From Marsupella aquatica (lineage: Eukaryota > Plantae > Marchantiophyta), in NCBI GenBank assembly GCA_973895155.1, contig OZ316898.1, positions 312,751 through 376,750 on the forward strand: a stretch of 64,000 bases of DNA, written 5' to 3'. Within the stretch, counting starts at the first letter, position 1; every line of letters begins with the position of its first letter. Below are positions 48,601 to 58,514 of this stretch, one piece after another. The notes under the pieces were generated by a model, which searched no databases, was not told the DNA's origin, and saw only the letters and a list, made by a program, of their open reading frames with translations. Made by a program: the position numbers and the translations under genes.

Positions 48601-51600
48601 GAAGTAAACCCCATCCCGAGACCAATCCCGGTCCCACCCATGTACGGAGGGGTTCGGTTAGCTGAGCTTGACGCGAGCCTGGACCCGAGTCTGCGAAACC
48701 AGGTTGAAGTCATCAGGAAGGAGCACTACCGGAAGTACACTATTGGGATGGACAAATCTTTTAACCTGGGCCACGCTTTGACGGGGAAGGCTGAAAAAGC
48801 CATCCAAGCTTTGCTCAAGGAATATGAAGATGTGTTTGCATGGAGTCATCATGATTTAACAGGCGTCTCCCCCGAGTTGGGAGAACACACAATCGATCTG
48901 AACCTAGGAGCCCATGCGGTACGACAGCGACAACGTCGCATGAATCCGAGGTACTCCATCTTAGTGAAGGAGGAAATTGATCGTCTCCTCGCCGCCGATA
49001 TCATTTACCCGGTAATGGCCAGCGACTGGGTCTCTCCCATTGTCATTGTACCAAAGAAGGGAGGTACGGATGGAAAACCTAAGATTCGTATCTGTCAGGA
49101 CTACCGTAAGCTCAATGACGCAACCCGAAAAGACCATTACCCATTACCATTCACGGATATGGTTCTAGATATGGTGGCCCGAAATGAAATCTATACATTT
49201 CTTGACGGGTATTCAGGTTATAACCAAATCTGGATTCGTCTCGCGGATCAGCTCAAAACAACGTTCACTACGGAGTGGGGAACGTTCGCATTTCGGAGGA
49301 TGCCTTTTGGTCTGTGTAACGCCCCGGCTATGTTTAAGCGCCTTATGATGAATATCTTCCACGATTTCCTACGGGAATTTTTGGAGATATTTATCGATGA
49401 CTTTGCCATCTTCGGAACCATTGCCATGCACCCCGAACACCTACGACGAACGTTGCAACGATGCCGAGATGTTAACCTCAAACTACATCCCGCCAAATGC
49501 TTCTTCGGGGTAGAGGAGGGGGTGTTACTCGGGCATCGTGTGTCCAAACGGGGCATTGAGGTGGACCAAGAGAAAGTTGCGGCCTGGATGGCGGTGGTGT
49601 TCCCCTTGGATCAAAAAGCAGTACGATCCTTCTTGGGCTGCGTAGGGTATTACCGCCGGTTCATTAAAGACTTTGCTAAAATTGCGTTGCCCTTAACTGA
49701 GATGATGAAGAAGGACGCAGCGGTCGAGGAAACACCCCGGAGACGGATTGCTTTTGAGGAACTCCGTAAACGACTCACCACCGCGCCTATCATGGTCACC
49801 CCAGACTGGAATAAGGAGTTCCACGTGTATGTCGATGTGTCAGGGTTCTGTATCGAATCCGTACTTAGTCAGCTAGATGAGGATGGACGTGATCACCCCA
49901 TCTATTTCGCTAGCCGTCAACTATTTGCAGCCGAAAAGAATTATTCCCCCACTGATCGAGAAGCTTTGGGAATAATCTACTTGTGTAAAAAGTTCCGACA
50001 CTATCTGCTAGGCTACAAGGTCATTTTCCACACAGATCATGATAGCCTGAAGTACATGGTCAACAAAGCGGATGTGACAGGACGGATAGCCCGGTGGGTG
50101 CTACTTCTCCAGGAATTTAATTACAAAGTTTGGGTTCGGCCAGGAAGGGTACACCTCAATGCCGATTTCTTTTCACGACTGGACGGCGTACCAGTCGATC
50201 AGCCAATTGATGATATTTTTCCGGATGAGGAGTTGTTCCACGTAGGGGAAGGGACACCAACGTGGTACGGCTCAATAATCACCTTCCTTTTAACGGGCCG
50301 CATCCCTGACGGCATCAATCAGGAGGCCGCCGCTGTGTTTTTACGGAAAGCCGGGCCTTACGTCATGATACAGGGTCACCTACATAAGGAAGGTATTAAC
50401 GGAAAGTTACGACGCTGCTTAGAGTATAAGGAGACACTTATCGTGATACGGGCCCTGCATGAAGAAGAAGCTGGAGGCCATTTCGCGGCAGTTACGACAG
50501 CCCGAAAGATTCTGGACTCGGGGTATTGGTGGCCTACGTTGCATCGGGATGTACAGCGCTTCATTAAGGGCTGTGACTTGTGTCAACGAGCGGGGGCCCC
50601 GAGGCGGGCTCATCATCACCCGCTCACATCTGTGCTTCCATTGGCACCATTCGAAAAATGGGGGATTGATTATATCGGACCGTTCACTCCCGTTACCCGA
50701 AGGCGAAGGTGCAGATACATCCTATTAGCTATTGATTACTCCACCAAATGGGTCGAAGCGCGGGCTACGGTAAAGGACGACGCCGCAACTAGTGCCAGAT
50801 TCTTATACGAACAGATTTTCACCCGATTCGGACCGCCCTTAGAATTGGTAAGCGACCGTGGAACCCACTTCCTCAATGACACCGTAGCCCAGCTTACGGA
50901 GCGTTACCTAGTCAAGCACCGCAAGACTACCCCATATCATCCTAAAGCCAACGGGATGGCGGAGAGAGCAAATGGTATCATTGGGAAGATCCTCAACAAA
51001 ACTGTAGCTGCGCACAAAACGGATTGGGATGATAAGTTGTACGCGGCGGTGTACTCGTATAATCTAGCTTACAAAACTACTACGAGTCATAGCCCGTACT
51101 TTCTGGTATTCGGCCAACATTTGTTGGTGCCCGTCGAATTTGAAGTGCACACTCCACGGGTCAGCATTCGGGATCGCTTACCTGAATCTGAAAGTCTGTC
51201 AGACCGAGCTTATCAGATTGAAGCCTTGGAAGAAGCACGGCTACTGGCAGCTCGACACACCGTGAAGAAACAGACAACTTCAAAGAAGCAGCATGACAAA
51301 GGACTACGGAGGGTCGACGTCGTGGCAGGCGATCTAGTCCTTCTGTACGATAGTAGGTACATGCAGTTTCCAGGGAAGCTGCATACCCGGTGGTTGGGGC
51401 CCTTCCTTGTCAATCAGATCTACCGAAACGGATCTTTGGAGCTTGCGACGTATGCCGGCGATTTACTCCCCACGCGAATCAGCTACGATCGTGTAAAAAA
51501 GTACCACCATCAAGATGACGACGCCGATAGCGATGTTCGCGAGGACGCTTCACAATTAAGCAGGGAGCTATGTGACGCCGCCGGTACGGCGGTTAATGAG

Positions 51601-51603
51601 TGA
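45601..51603 (+). CDS. Ty3/gypsy Gag-Pol polyprotein, copy 2 (2000 aa)
   Basis: Same domains as copy 1. About ten nucleotide differences read by eye (e.g. G>E, S>P, Q>R, M>T, T>A, A>V, D>G). Confidence 0.97.
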   Translation: MPVTRSQAAYLRRLTSERESATTTSSDSSGSEDSQSSRRMNIPPGSSESGSTGPAAVPPPPPPPPPPPMAAAPPVARAAQAPPQISQRSRFHYRPFKGRHGDDPDEWLDEFEATAKANGEDVIKLTVLPGVMRGEAHPWYNSLPPGTTWAQFQAALLQEFRAIGSEQRSLLKIGQLRMGKKESLRKFIQKFQKLAAKIRPRPGDALQLTWFLHGLPTNMQFWVRQNNPISMQAAIACAETYRESTYNSRRSQRARRRKGKYETFSDSDSESDDERKKKRKKKKKHHSTSSSSETESSSDSASSIGSSTSSSSGSDLESESRSKKKKRRVKKEGKIKPRARRTIPDPKAAEADKLNKITDRLKALSVHLAEKPVEKKKPSEIRAHAWCSKCFQSGHVVQECPRWKNRVHQVELDDVDNPGPESESTEYFFEDPPDSVYQISTVGPRNLAGRTAYPYPSNGRSFQVISNPSIPPKPGIWRSPVCYNCEKPGHFARECTEPRRQGDGRGTPLCQVCKTEAHSTANCPLVIAARTSAARPAQAGPVTSDAVVQMIAVEWQDDNTEWVNLVDVAEHPNPLDEAECYRVSTRAERKEEKTEEKRRKKQDTTPVQPAINIPPEKDDDYRRDDPKLFFPRIEELVKKQLEAYEAREYQKAIDKDIKVAETARRQEQEKQDKQEEAKQQPTKETKEDYDIKEDVKSCPVTATVGQLLQNNPQYRRQLRELLMGRRRRRLPRVGSADCNMICEDLGAPDILIEINNCTIKMVLVDGGAGVNIMTEETSVKLGYLTYQPTARAIRLANGARVLPLGTLTRVLTLVGGVEFYLNFLVMRPVRPSSYPVLLGRPWLYGGRVVTDWGKKELRFGEPTVRVSWAMDDYQGETPQGPEEYDSETSEEEELNMIELISSLSEEDVFGVEATRETHLLNYPRAAIESTPSTSTVGDEETHEQLVETEDTAPAKQGAVATPSISEPCNHEPAQQPPEAENSRPRHKKRVSWDPSIPQLEEVNPIPRPIPVPPMYGGVRLAELDASLDPSLRNQVEVIRKEHYRKYTIGMDKSFNLGHALTGKAEKAIQALLKEYEDVFAWSHHDLTGVSPELGEHTIDLNLGAHAVRQRQRRMNPRYSILVKEEIDRLLAADIIYPVMASDWVSPIVIVPKKGGTDGKPKIRICQDYRKLNDATRKDHYPLPFTDMVLDMVARNEIYTFLDGYSGYNQIWIRLADQLKTTFTTEWGTFAFRRMPFGLCNAPAMFKRLMMNIFHDFLREFLEIFIDDFAIFGTIAMHPEHLRRTLQRCRDVNLKLHPAKCFFGVEEGVLLGHRVSKRGIEVDQEKVAAWMAVVFPLDQKAVRSFLGCVGYYRRFIKDFAKIALPLTEMMKKDAAVEETPRRRIAFEELRKRLTTAPIMVTPDWNKEFHVYVDVSGFCIESVLSQLDEDGRDHPIYFASRQLFAAEKNYSPTDREALGIIYLCKKFRHYLLGYKVIFHTDHDSLKYMVNKADVTGRIARWVLLLQEFNYKVWVRPGRVHLNADFFSRLDGVPVDQPIDDIFPDEELFHVGEGTPTWYGSIITFLLTGRIPDGINQEAAAVFLRKAGPYVMIQGHLHKEGINGKLRRCLEYKETLIVIRALHEEEAGGHFAAVTTARKILDSGYWWPTLHRDVQRFIKGCDLCQRAGAPRRAHHHPLTSVLPLAPFEKWGIDYIGPFTPVTRRRRCRYILLAIDYSTKWVEARATVKDDAATSARFLYEQIFTRFGPPLELVSDRGTHFLNDTVAQLTERYLVKHRKTTPYHPKANGMAERANGIIGKILNKTVAAHKTDWDDKLYAAVYSYNLAYKTTTSHSPYFLVFGQHLLVPVEFEVHTPRVSIRDRLPESESLSDRAYQIEALEEARLLAARHTVKKQTTSKKQHDKGLRRVDVVAGDLVLLYDSRYMQFPGKLHTRWLGPFLVNQIYRNGSLELATYAGDLLPTRISYDRVKKYHHQDDDADSDVREDASQLSRELCDAAGTAVNE

Positions 51604-54600
51604 TTCAGTCTAACTGCGCTCGGCACGCGCGTTAGGTGGGTCTTAGGCCGCTATTATTAGCATAACGATAGTATTTAGATAATCATTAGGGGTAGGACAT
51701 CATTAGGCAATAAGGGGGACTTCAGGTTCGGGCTGGCGGCGGGTCGCTATTCGCACACCCGGGTTATGAGCATGGAGGGGCCCCTCCCTCGGGTCCGTAT
51801 AACGAACTTAAGGAAGCGGCCACTGACGCACGCTGACTCAGACCGGCGGAGTGGCCGGTACACCACAAGCGTGAGCGGTTCAACCTATGGGCGTCGAGGA
51901 GACGTCGGGGATCGACAAGCCCTCAAAGTATAAAAGGGGAGCCAACCCTTTGTAGTGCACCAGTCCATCAGTCCGCGCGCCAGCTTCGACCCCAGCTCTC
52001 TCGTTCTCTCTAGGTCGCCACTACTATCTCCTCTGAATGTCGCACACGATCCTCTCCAGCTCGGCCATTCGATTCTGGACGCAGTTCCTATCTACCGGAA
52101 GGCACTTGGCCGATTCATTGAAACACGCCAACCCGCGCCGATACGAGATCGAATGCGAATACGAGAGAGCCATCCGCCTAGCAGGACGACACCACTACGT
52201 CCTTAACTTTGACTACCCGTCTCAGAGCGAGCTTTACCGACCAGCTGAGGTATCTGGGTACTTCTTTGACGGAGACAAATATATCGGGTTCTGGGAAGCA
52301 TTGCTTCGGCTTCCGGACGAGGTCTTCAATATCCCGGGTACAATCGACCTGCAGCGACATCACTTCGACCACATCCCTGCCCAGGTTCGGGCAGTCATTA
52401 ACGGCGAGTCCAGTACCAACCGTTCGACAAGGGCGTCCGCACTCGCTTCGGAGAACTTCTACCAGCACCTACAGAGCTTCATGGGAACTCGGCCATCAAC
52501 CAACATGACCAACTCAGCCGGACCCGGACCCGTACCCGTACCCGTACCCGTGCCCATGCAACCTCAGCTTCAGCTTCAGCCTCAGCCGCAGCCTAGCCAA
52601 ACCCCACCACCTATCACCCAGCCAGCACAGGTACGCTCCGTCATCAACGCTGTGGATCTTAGCGATGACGACAAGGCTACCCCACCCTTGACCAGGCGGC
52701 CCAGAGGAACAAGCGCTCGGGGGGCCGACACTATACCATCCCCACCCCTTGCTCTGACCCCAGGAGCGGCCCCAGCAGACAACATGGTGACCGTGGCCAC
52801 CCCGGGCCCGTTACCAACCGCAGTGGCACTCCCCAGGCCCGATCGGGAGGATGGGGAAGTATCACCTTCCCCGAGTCAGTCACGGGGAAAGAAGAGAAAG
52901 GAATCCGCCAGTGCATCCGGGTTACCGTTAGCCACGGTAGCCGTAGCCAAGGTAACGATGCATCGCATGGGGGAAAACGTTCACAGCAACATCCTCCATC
53001 CCAAGCATGCGGTGTACCTGAAGACTCAGGGATTTGAGCACCTCGCCTCTCTCCCCTGGAACACTTGCAGGTACTACGGGGAGGACATGACAGAATTCGT
53101 CAAGAATTATGATGACGTACGTCAACAGACTCGGCTGCGGGGAAGGAATATGTCCCTCACAGAAGAACGGCTCAAGATGATCTTCGGGTTACCCGAAGGT
53201 GACCATCGAGTCGAATCACGGGCTCCCGGGGGCAAGGGGGCCAAGTACCAATCTTCAAGTTTTCCCTCAGAGGGATCAGTAGACAACGGGTTCGTGATGA
53301 GGACCTGCCTCATGCCCGAGATAGCTGAGCGGCTGGAGTTCCAGAGGTACGCTCTCCACTTGATGGAACCCCGGGGGGAGATCTCCGCCGCCCAGGTCAT
53401 CCAGGTCGAGAACTATCGACCTAGGAAGTGGGCGTCGTACTTCGCTAAGAAATTCCATGAAGAGATGGAGCGGCGAAGGAAGACGCTGTACATTGGCGGG
53501 AAGCCGTATTTCGCTAGCCACATCGAAATCATTCTTGAGTGGTATGCCCGGTTTGATCGACGAACCCTTCCCCGCATCAACGTTACAAAGCTGGTCCCAG
53601 CTAGGTGGGTTTTTCCGGCATTGGAGAGACGACCCCAACCCGAGGCCCGAAGTCCAGTGGACACGCCAGCTTCACCCACCCCACCTCCACAAATAGCTGT
53701 AATCGTAACCGAGGAGGCGCCGGAGGGGTTGGTCGTCGCAACCGTTGATGCGACCCAACTAGCCGGGCTAAGTACAGAAGTTGGTACGGCAGAGGTCTTA
53801 CCCGAACCCGGGTCTCCCAAGGACCCGCCGGTGGCAATTCCGGAGAACCGGACATCGCTGCAGGAGGATACTCCGGCCCCTTCCAACGTTATGTCCCCAG
53901 GGCTGGACGTCACTGCCCCGGCCCCTGCGCGTGTTGATGTCTGCCCGTGCCCAAATCCGGACAGGCACAACTTGGACCACCCGGAACTCTTCGTACAGGG
54001 TACGTTTCTGAACGGGCTTCTGGGAGATTTCTCTCATCAAATTGCCCGGGATACCGGGGAGTTCATGGCTCGGAAGGTAGCCTGTTTCTTCAATCAGGAG
54101 TTGGTTGCCGCCGTAAAGGCAGGGCGGGCCCAGTCGGAGGCCCTTCAGAGGATAGAGCGGTACCGGGTGGAGTCCGTGTACCTAAAGAACGAAGTGGCGG
54201 CTCAAGAGGCTGAGCTTATGCAACTACGACCCAAGGTTGCAGCCGCCGATGAGTTGTTAGCAAAGGCATACGTTCTTACCGCCCTAGCCGAACAGGCCAA
54301 AGCTGGGAACGAGGCCGAGATTACACGACTCCGGAACCAGATTGACAGTTTGAAGAAACAAGCTGTCACCTGGCAGAAAGACCTGGAGGAGGCCGAGGAG
54401 CGAGCCCAGCGGGACGCGACGGAGATAGCCACACTGCAGGCCGAGATGACGCGGCTCCAAACCGAGGCCGAGAAGCAGGACCAGCTGGCGAGTAAACTGG
54501 CGAGCGACGCCCAGCAGCTGGAGGAGGCATGTCAGGAGGCAGTAGAGGAGACGGACGCGTCGAGGCGAGAGAACGAATCTCTGCTGGACCAGGTCCAGCT

Positions 54601-55585
54601 CCTCAAAGCGGACAATGACAGGCTTCGAAGGCAGCGGGATGGCCGTTCCCATTCGGGCGGCTCTGGCAAGCGTGCCAGGCATTAGCGGCGGAGTATGAAT
54701 AGATTAGGATTAGAATTGGCTTGGTCAGGCTCTTGGGACAGGCACCTGCCTTAGGTACGGCAGCGCTGCCCTGCTGTCCAGCCTGCGTAGATTAGGATCT
54801 TCTAATAAGACACAGCTGTTTTCCGGCCTGACTGTCAGCTTAGTTAGGACCTTGGTCAGCGAATCTTCGGCGGGAGGACACCCCGTTCCTGGGCTCTTAG
54901 TATTTAGTGCACCCCTCGGTAGAGGCAGGGGGGGTTTTTTAGTTTCAGAGTCGGACATCCGCGGGACATGCGGGGAGTCCCGACCTCTGGGAATGACAGA
55001 GTACCAAGGGGAGGGGGTAGGACTAAGCTTGCCGGGCGAGTGCGGAGCCGGGCTCCGTTGTAGTGTGCACCCTTGGCCTTGAACCTGTGCATTCCAGGGC
55101 TGTCGTGTCAACTAAGTGTACGCATATGTTCCCTTTGTAGTAAAAATCCTTTCCCATCATTTTTCCTTCGTGTAAATCGAGATTGTATGCATGTGTGCGC
55201 ATATGTGTGTGGGTTTCTCGTATATGGGTGGCAGCGCCGGGCCGAACGCACTACCCGAGACGTGCACAGGGTGCAGCCTGCGGGTAAGTGGGTGCGAGCA
55301 CGGGTTGAGGACCTGTATCATCGAATCTGGATCGAAGGCGGACAGCACGAAGGCTTAGAAGCCCTTAAGCCGGGGTCGATCCTGCTATCGACTAAGGTAC
55401 GTTCCGGCGGCGGAACACAAACCATACCTAGGAGGTGTCCGTATTTAGCAGTATGCGCACTTAGCGCTAGTTTACGAGAATAAGGTGCATTACGTGCTTC
55501 CCTTCCTGCCCGAACCCTCAGATTTACGAGGGATGTGCCCGTCTAAGCTGAAGTCTGAGTTAAGGCCGAAGCCTACGACGTGACA
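51571..55585 (+). repeat. Gypsy LTR3 (3' LTR, contains the intact ORF)
   Basis: Ends CGTGACA followed by the TSD GCCTT. Confidence 0.97.
52037..54685 (+). CDS. LTR-encoded 882-aa protein of unknown function (N-terminal globular region, P/Q-rich linker, basic NLS-like motif, transposon-accessory-like domain, C-terminal coiled coil)
   Basis: Uninterrupted 2649-nt ORF wholly inside the LTR. Contains RGKKRK and GKRARH basic motifs, TEFVKNY...RLRGRNMSLTEERLKMIFGLP, and a heptad-rich E/Q/A/L C-terminal ~170 aa. Confidence 0.85.
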   Translation: MSHTILSSSAIRFWTQFLSTGRHLADSLKHANPRRYEIECEYERAIRLAGRHHYVLNFDYPSQSELYRPAEVSGYFFDGDKYIGFWEALLRLPDEVFNIPGTIDLQRHHFDHIPAQVRAVINGESSTNRSTRASALASENFYQHLQSFMGTRPSTNMTNSAGPGPVPVPVPVPMQPQLQLQPQPQPSQTPPPITQPAQVRSVINAVDLSDDDKATPPLTRRPRGTSARGADTIPSPPLALTPGAAPADNMVTVATPGPLPTAVALPRPDREDGEVSPSPSQSRGKKRKESASASGLPLATVAVAKVTMHRMGENVHSNILHPKHAVYLKTQGFEHLASLPWNTCRYYGEDMTEFVKNYDDVRQQTRLRGRNMSLTEERLKMIFGLPEGDHRVESRAPGGKGAKYQSSSFPSEGSVDNGFVMRTCLMPEIAERLEFQRYALHLMEPRGEISAAQVIQVENYRPRKWASYFAKKFHEEMERRRKTLYIGGKPYFASHIEIILEWYARFDRRTLPRINVTKLVPARWVFPALERRPQPEARSPVDTPASPTPPPQIAVIVTEEAPEGLVVATVDATQLAGLSTEVGTAEVLPEPGSPKDPPVAIPENRTSLQEDTPAPSNVMSPGLDVTAPAPARVDVCPCPNPDRHNLDHPELFVQGTFLNGLLGDFSHQIARDTGEFMARKVACFFNQELVAAVKAGRAQSEALQRIERYRVESVYLKNEVAAQEAELMQLRPKVAAADELLAKAYVLTALAEQAKAGNEAEITRLRNQIDSLKKQAVTWQKDLEEAEERAQRDATEIATLQAEMTRLQTEAEKQDQLASKLASDAQQLEEACQEAVEETDASRRENESLLDQVQLLKADNDRLRRQRDGRSHSGGSGKRARH

Positions 55586-57936
55586 GCCTTACCAAGATCC
55601 TTCATCCTGAATTCAACACTCAATTTCGCCTTGAGACTGTCAACCTCAGATTGATCTTTAGCCACAATCAGCATGTCATCCACATAGATCACCAGAATGA
55701 TGAAACCAAACACATCATTCTTGACTGATTTTGTATACATACAAGGATCATACACCATCCTTGTAAAACCTTGAGCAAGCATGAAATCATCAAACCGCTT
55801 GTTCCATTGTCTGGGAGACTGCTTCAATCCATACAAGGACTTGAGCAATCTGCAAACTAAGTTCTCTTGGCCCTTCTTCATAAAGCCTAGTGGTTGTCTC
55901 ATGAAGATCAACTCTTCCAAATTGCCATAGAGAAAAGCAGTAACAACATCCATCTGATCCATCACCAGACCAAAAAACACAACAAGCTGACACAAGATCC
56001 GAATTGTGGAATACTTAGCCACCGGTGAAAAGACCTCATTGTAGTCCACTCCTTTCTCCTGAGTGAACCCCTTGGCAACAAGCCTTGCCTTGTAGATCTT
56101 ATCTCCACCCTCTGAAGGACTGTCCTTCAACTTGTAAATCCACTTACTGTCCACCACTTGCTGACCTCTTGGAAGCTCCACCAGCTCCCATGTCTTGTTG
56201 TCACTCAAAGATTGCAACTCCCTTTGCATTGCTGCATTCCACTCATGCTTCTGCTTTGAAGCACAAGCCTCACTGTACGAAGAAGGCTCTCCTTCTTCCA
56301 AGATCAAAGCCATGTCATCATCATCAGGTGCAATGTCAATATCATCTAGCTTAGATGAGTCTGCCCATTGATCATACCTGGTAGGAGCTCTAGTAGAACG
56401 ACTGGAAGTTCTTCTAGTAGATGACTCAGGCTGATCTGCTGCTGCTGCTGGTTGAATTTGAGGTACCCCAGCAACAATCTGCTCCTCTTGTTCCATCACA
56501 GGAACCAGCTCCAAGCCCGGAGCTTCTCCATCTCTCCTATCATGAACTGCATCATGACTAATCTCCCCCTCAACCCGGTCCGGGATGGGAGATTTCCCCT
56601 TGTCAGTCTGGGAGTCCTGAGAACTCTCCCCCTCCTTTGATGATCTGGACTCATTAAAGGACACATCTCTACTGACAATTAACTTACAGGTTACTGGATC
56701 CCATAACCTATAACCCTCCACACCTTTCTGATAGCCAAGGAAAATGCACTTCTTCGACTTGGACTCCAGCTTGGATCGAAGCTGAGAAGGTGTAAGCACA
56801 TAAGCATCACATCCAAAAATCCTCAGATGTGAGTAATCTGCTGGACGCCCGTACCTCATTTCAAATGGCGTCTTGAATCCAATAGAACTGGATGGAGAAA
56901 AATTTACCAAATAAGCTACAGTGTTGACAGCTTCAGCCCAAAACTCATGTGGTAAGCATGATTGACTCAACATACTCCTCGAGCGGTCCAATAGTGTTTG
57001 GTTGAGTCTCTCAAAAACACCATTCTGCTGAGGAGTATAATTTGTTGTGAGATGGTGGGTTATCCCCTGCTCCTTACAATACGTTCCAAATTCCCTGGAA
57101 CTGTATTCACCGCCATTATCCGATCGTAGATATCTCACCTTATTACCAGTCTGATTCTCAACTTGGGCTTTCCACTCCTTAAAAGTGGCAAAAACATTAG
57201 ACTTACTGTGTAGAAAATATATCCACACATACCTTGAGTAATCGTCTATGAACGTGACATAGTATAATCGTCCAGAATGTGAGAGAGTAGGGGCTGGACC
57301 CCACACATCACTATGTACATATTCAAGTACCTCCTTGCTGGTGTGAGTTCCAACTCCGAAGGGTTTCCTGTGCTGCTTCCCTAGCACATAGTGCTCACAA
57401 AATTCCAACTTACAAGATTGCAAATTAGAAAGTAATCCTTTCTTCTGAAGAATAACCAAACCTTTTTCACTCATGTGACCCAAACGGAAGTGCCACAGCC
57501 GGGCCGTCTCCTCATGAGATAAGGTTATATTGGCTTCATCACAAACTACACAGCCCTCCAAAACGTATAGATTGCTATGTCTCTTTCCCTTCAATACAAC
57601 TTTAGTATCAGTTGAAACCTGAAGGACACCATTAGCAGAACTCCACTGATGGCCATTTGCTTCTAAAACTCCAAGTGAAATGAGATTTTTCATCATGGTG
57701 GGAATGTGTCTCACATTCCTCAACGTTCTTACAGCACCATCAAACATCTGAAATCTTACAGATCCAAGTCCAACAACTTGACATGGGATTCCATTTCCCA
57801 TCAACACTGACCCATTGGAAACCGTGTAAGAACTGAAAAAATCTCTCCTAGAGCAAATGTGAAAAGTACATGCACTATCTAGAATCCAGTCATCACTCCC
57901 TGGATTTGACACTACGTTGAGAACATAACCTTGACA
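55586..57936 (-). pseudogene. Copia A pol, N-terminal part (protease, GAG-pre-integrase, integrase, RT), interrupted by the gypsy
   Basis: WILDSAC, LWHFRLGHMS, VHSDVWGP, LRSDNGGEY, PQQNG, YKARLVAKG, QMDVVTAFL, SLYGLKQ and IYVDDML. Confidence 0.95.
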
Positions 57937-58156
57937 TCACAATATGTCATCATCATCGAGTAAATCTATCTCATGCGAGCTCGATGCCGCGTTAGCAGAT
58001 GCAGTAGGGACCTTTACTCGACAATCCCTTTTCATGTGGCCAGGCTTGCCACAATTCCAACATGCAAGAGGCTTCCTCTCTTGCGATTTCCCTCTAGATT
58101 TAGATCTCCCCCGTGATGTAGATCTAAACCTGTTCTGTCCATTTGAGCGCTGCGCT
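57937..58156 (-). pseudogene. Residual C-terminus of copia A gag (RS-rich segment and zinc knuckle)
   Basis: RSTSRGRSKSRGKS...CWNCGKPGHMKRDC begins directly after the PBS. Confidence 0.9.
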
Positions 58157-58170
58157 GCTCTGATACCACT

Positions 58171-58514
58171 TGTTGAGCATAGACGACATTTGTAACGGCA
58201 AGCCCATGAACCATCCAACGCACAATAGTCGACACAGAGAGATACATGGTTCACCTCCACATGAGGCTACGTCCACGGGAACACACAAGAGCTTTACTGC
58301 ACTCTAGGTCGACCGGCCATACCAAGCATCCACAGCACAAGCTCTCCCTATCTCTCAACTAGCTCCGTAACAATGAGCCTAAGTTCCACCAGGGTCTGGC
58401 ATCAGCCCTGGCTATATGCACAATAGCACTACCGCTAACATTAGCTAAGTCCTAACCCGAGTTAGACTAACTGTGGTTAGCTCATGAGTCACAAGACTAG
58501 AGCAATATCTAACA
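58171..58514 (-). repeat. 5' LTR of copia A (344 bp)
   Basis: Followed on the minus strand by PBS TGGTATCAGAGC; flanked by TSD GACTC. Confidence 0.95.

Larger units (their letters stand above)
31355..55585 (+). mobile_element. Ty3/gypsy (non-chromovirus type) tandem element LTR-gagpol-LTR-gagpol-LTR, 24231 bp
   Basis: Three 4015-bp direct repeats TGTGACG...CGTGACA at a 10108-bp period. A single flanking TSD GCCTT (31350-31354, 55586-55590). Inserted in copia RT between MKDLGKA and KRILGMEI. Confidence 0.98.
29933..58514 (-). mobile_element. Ty1/copia LTR retrotransposon A (host of the gypsy insertion), gag largely deleted
   Basis: Near-identical LTRs at 29933-30274 and 58171-58514 (TGT...ACA). 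5-bp TSD GACTC (29928-29932, 58515-58519). iMet PBS TGGTATCAGAGC (minus strand, 58157-58168) and PPT (minus strand, 30275-30290). Domain order PR-INT-RT-RH. Confidence 0.97.

Noticed and set aside
52037-54685. env-like gene or separate nested insertion
   Set aside because: No signal peptide or transmembrane stretch is visible. The ORF is present at the same offset in all three LTRs, with no internal TSD or TIR seen.
31739-55483. Numerous short overlapping and antisense ORFs within the gypsy
   Set aside because: These are expected shadow frames of GC-rich coding sequence, with no recognisable domains.
31355-55585. Assembly artefact as the explanation for the tandem
   Set aside because: The copies differ by transition-biased SNPs with an ordered chimeric pattern. 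Not fully excluded without reads.
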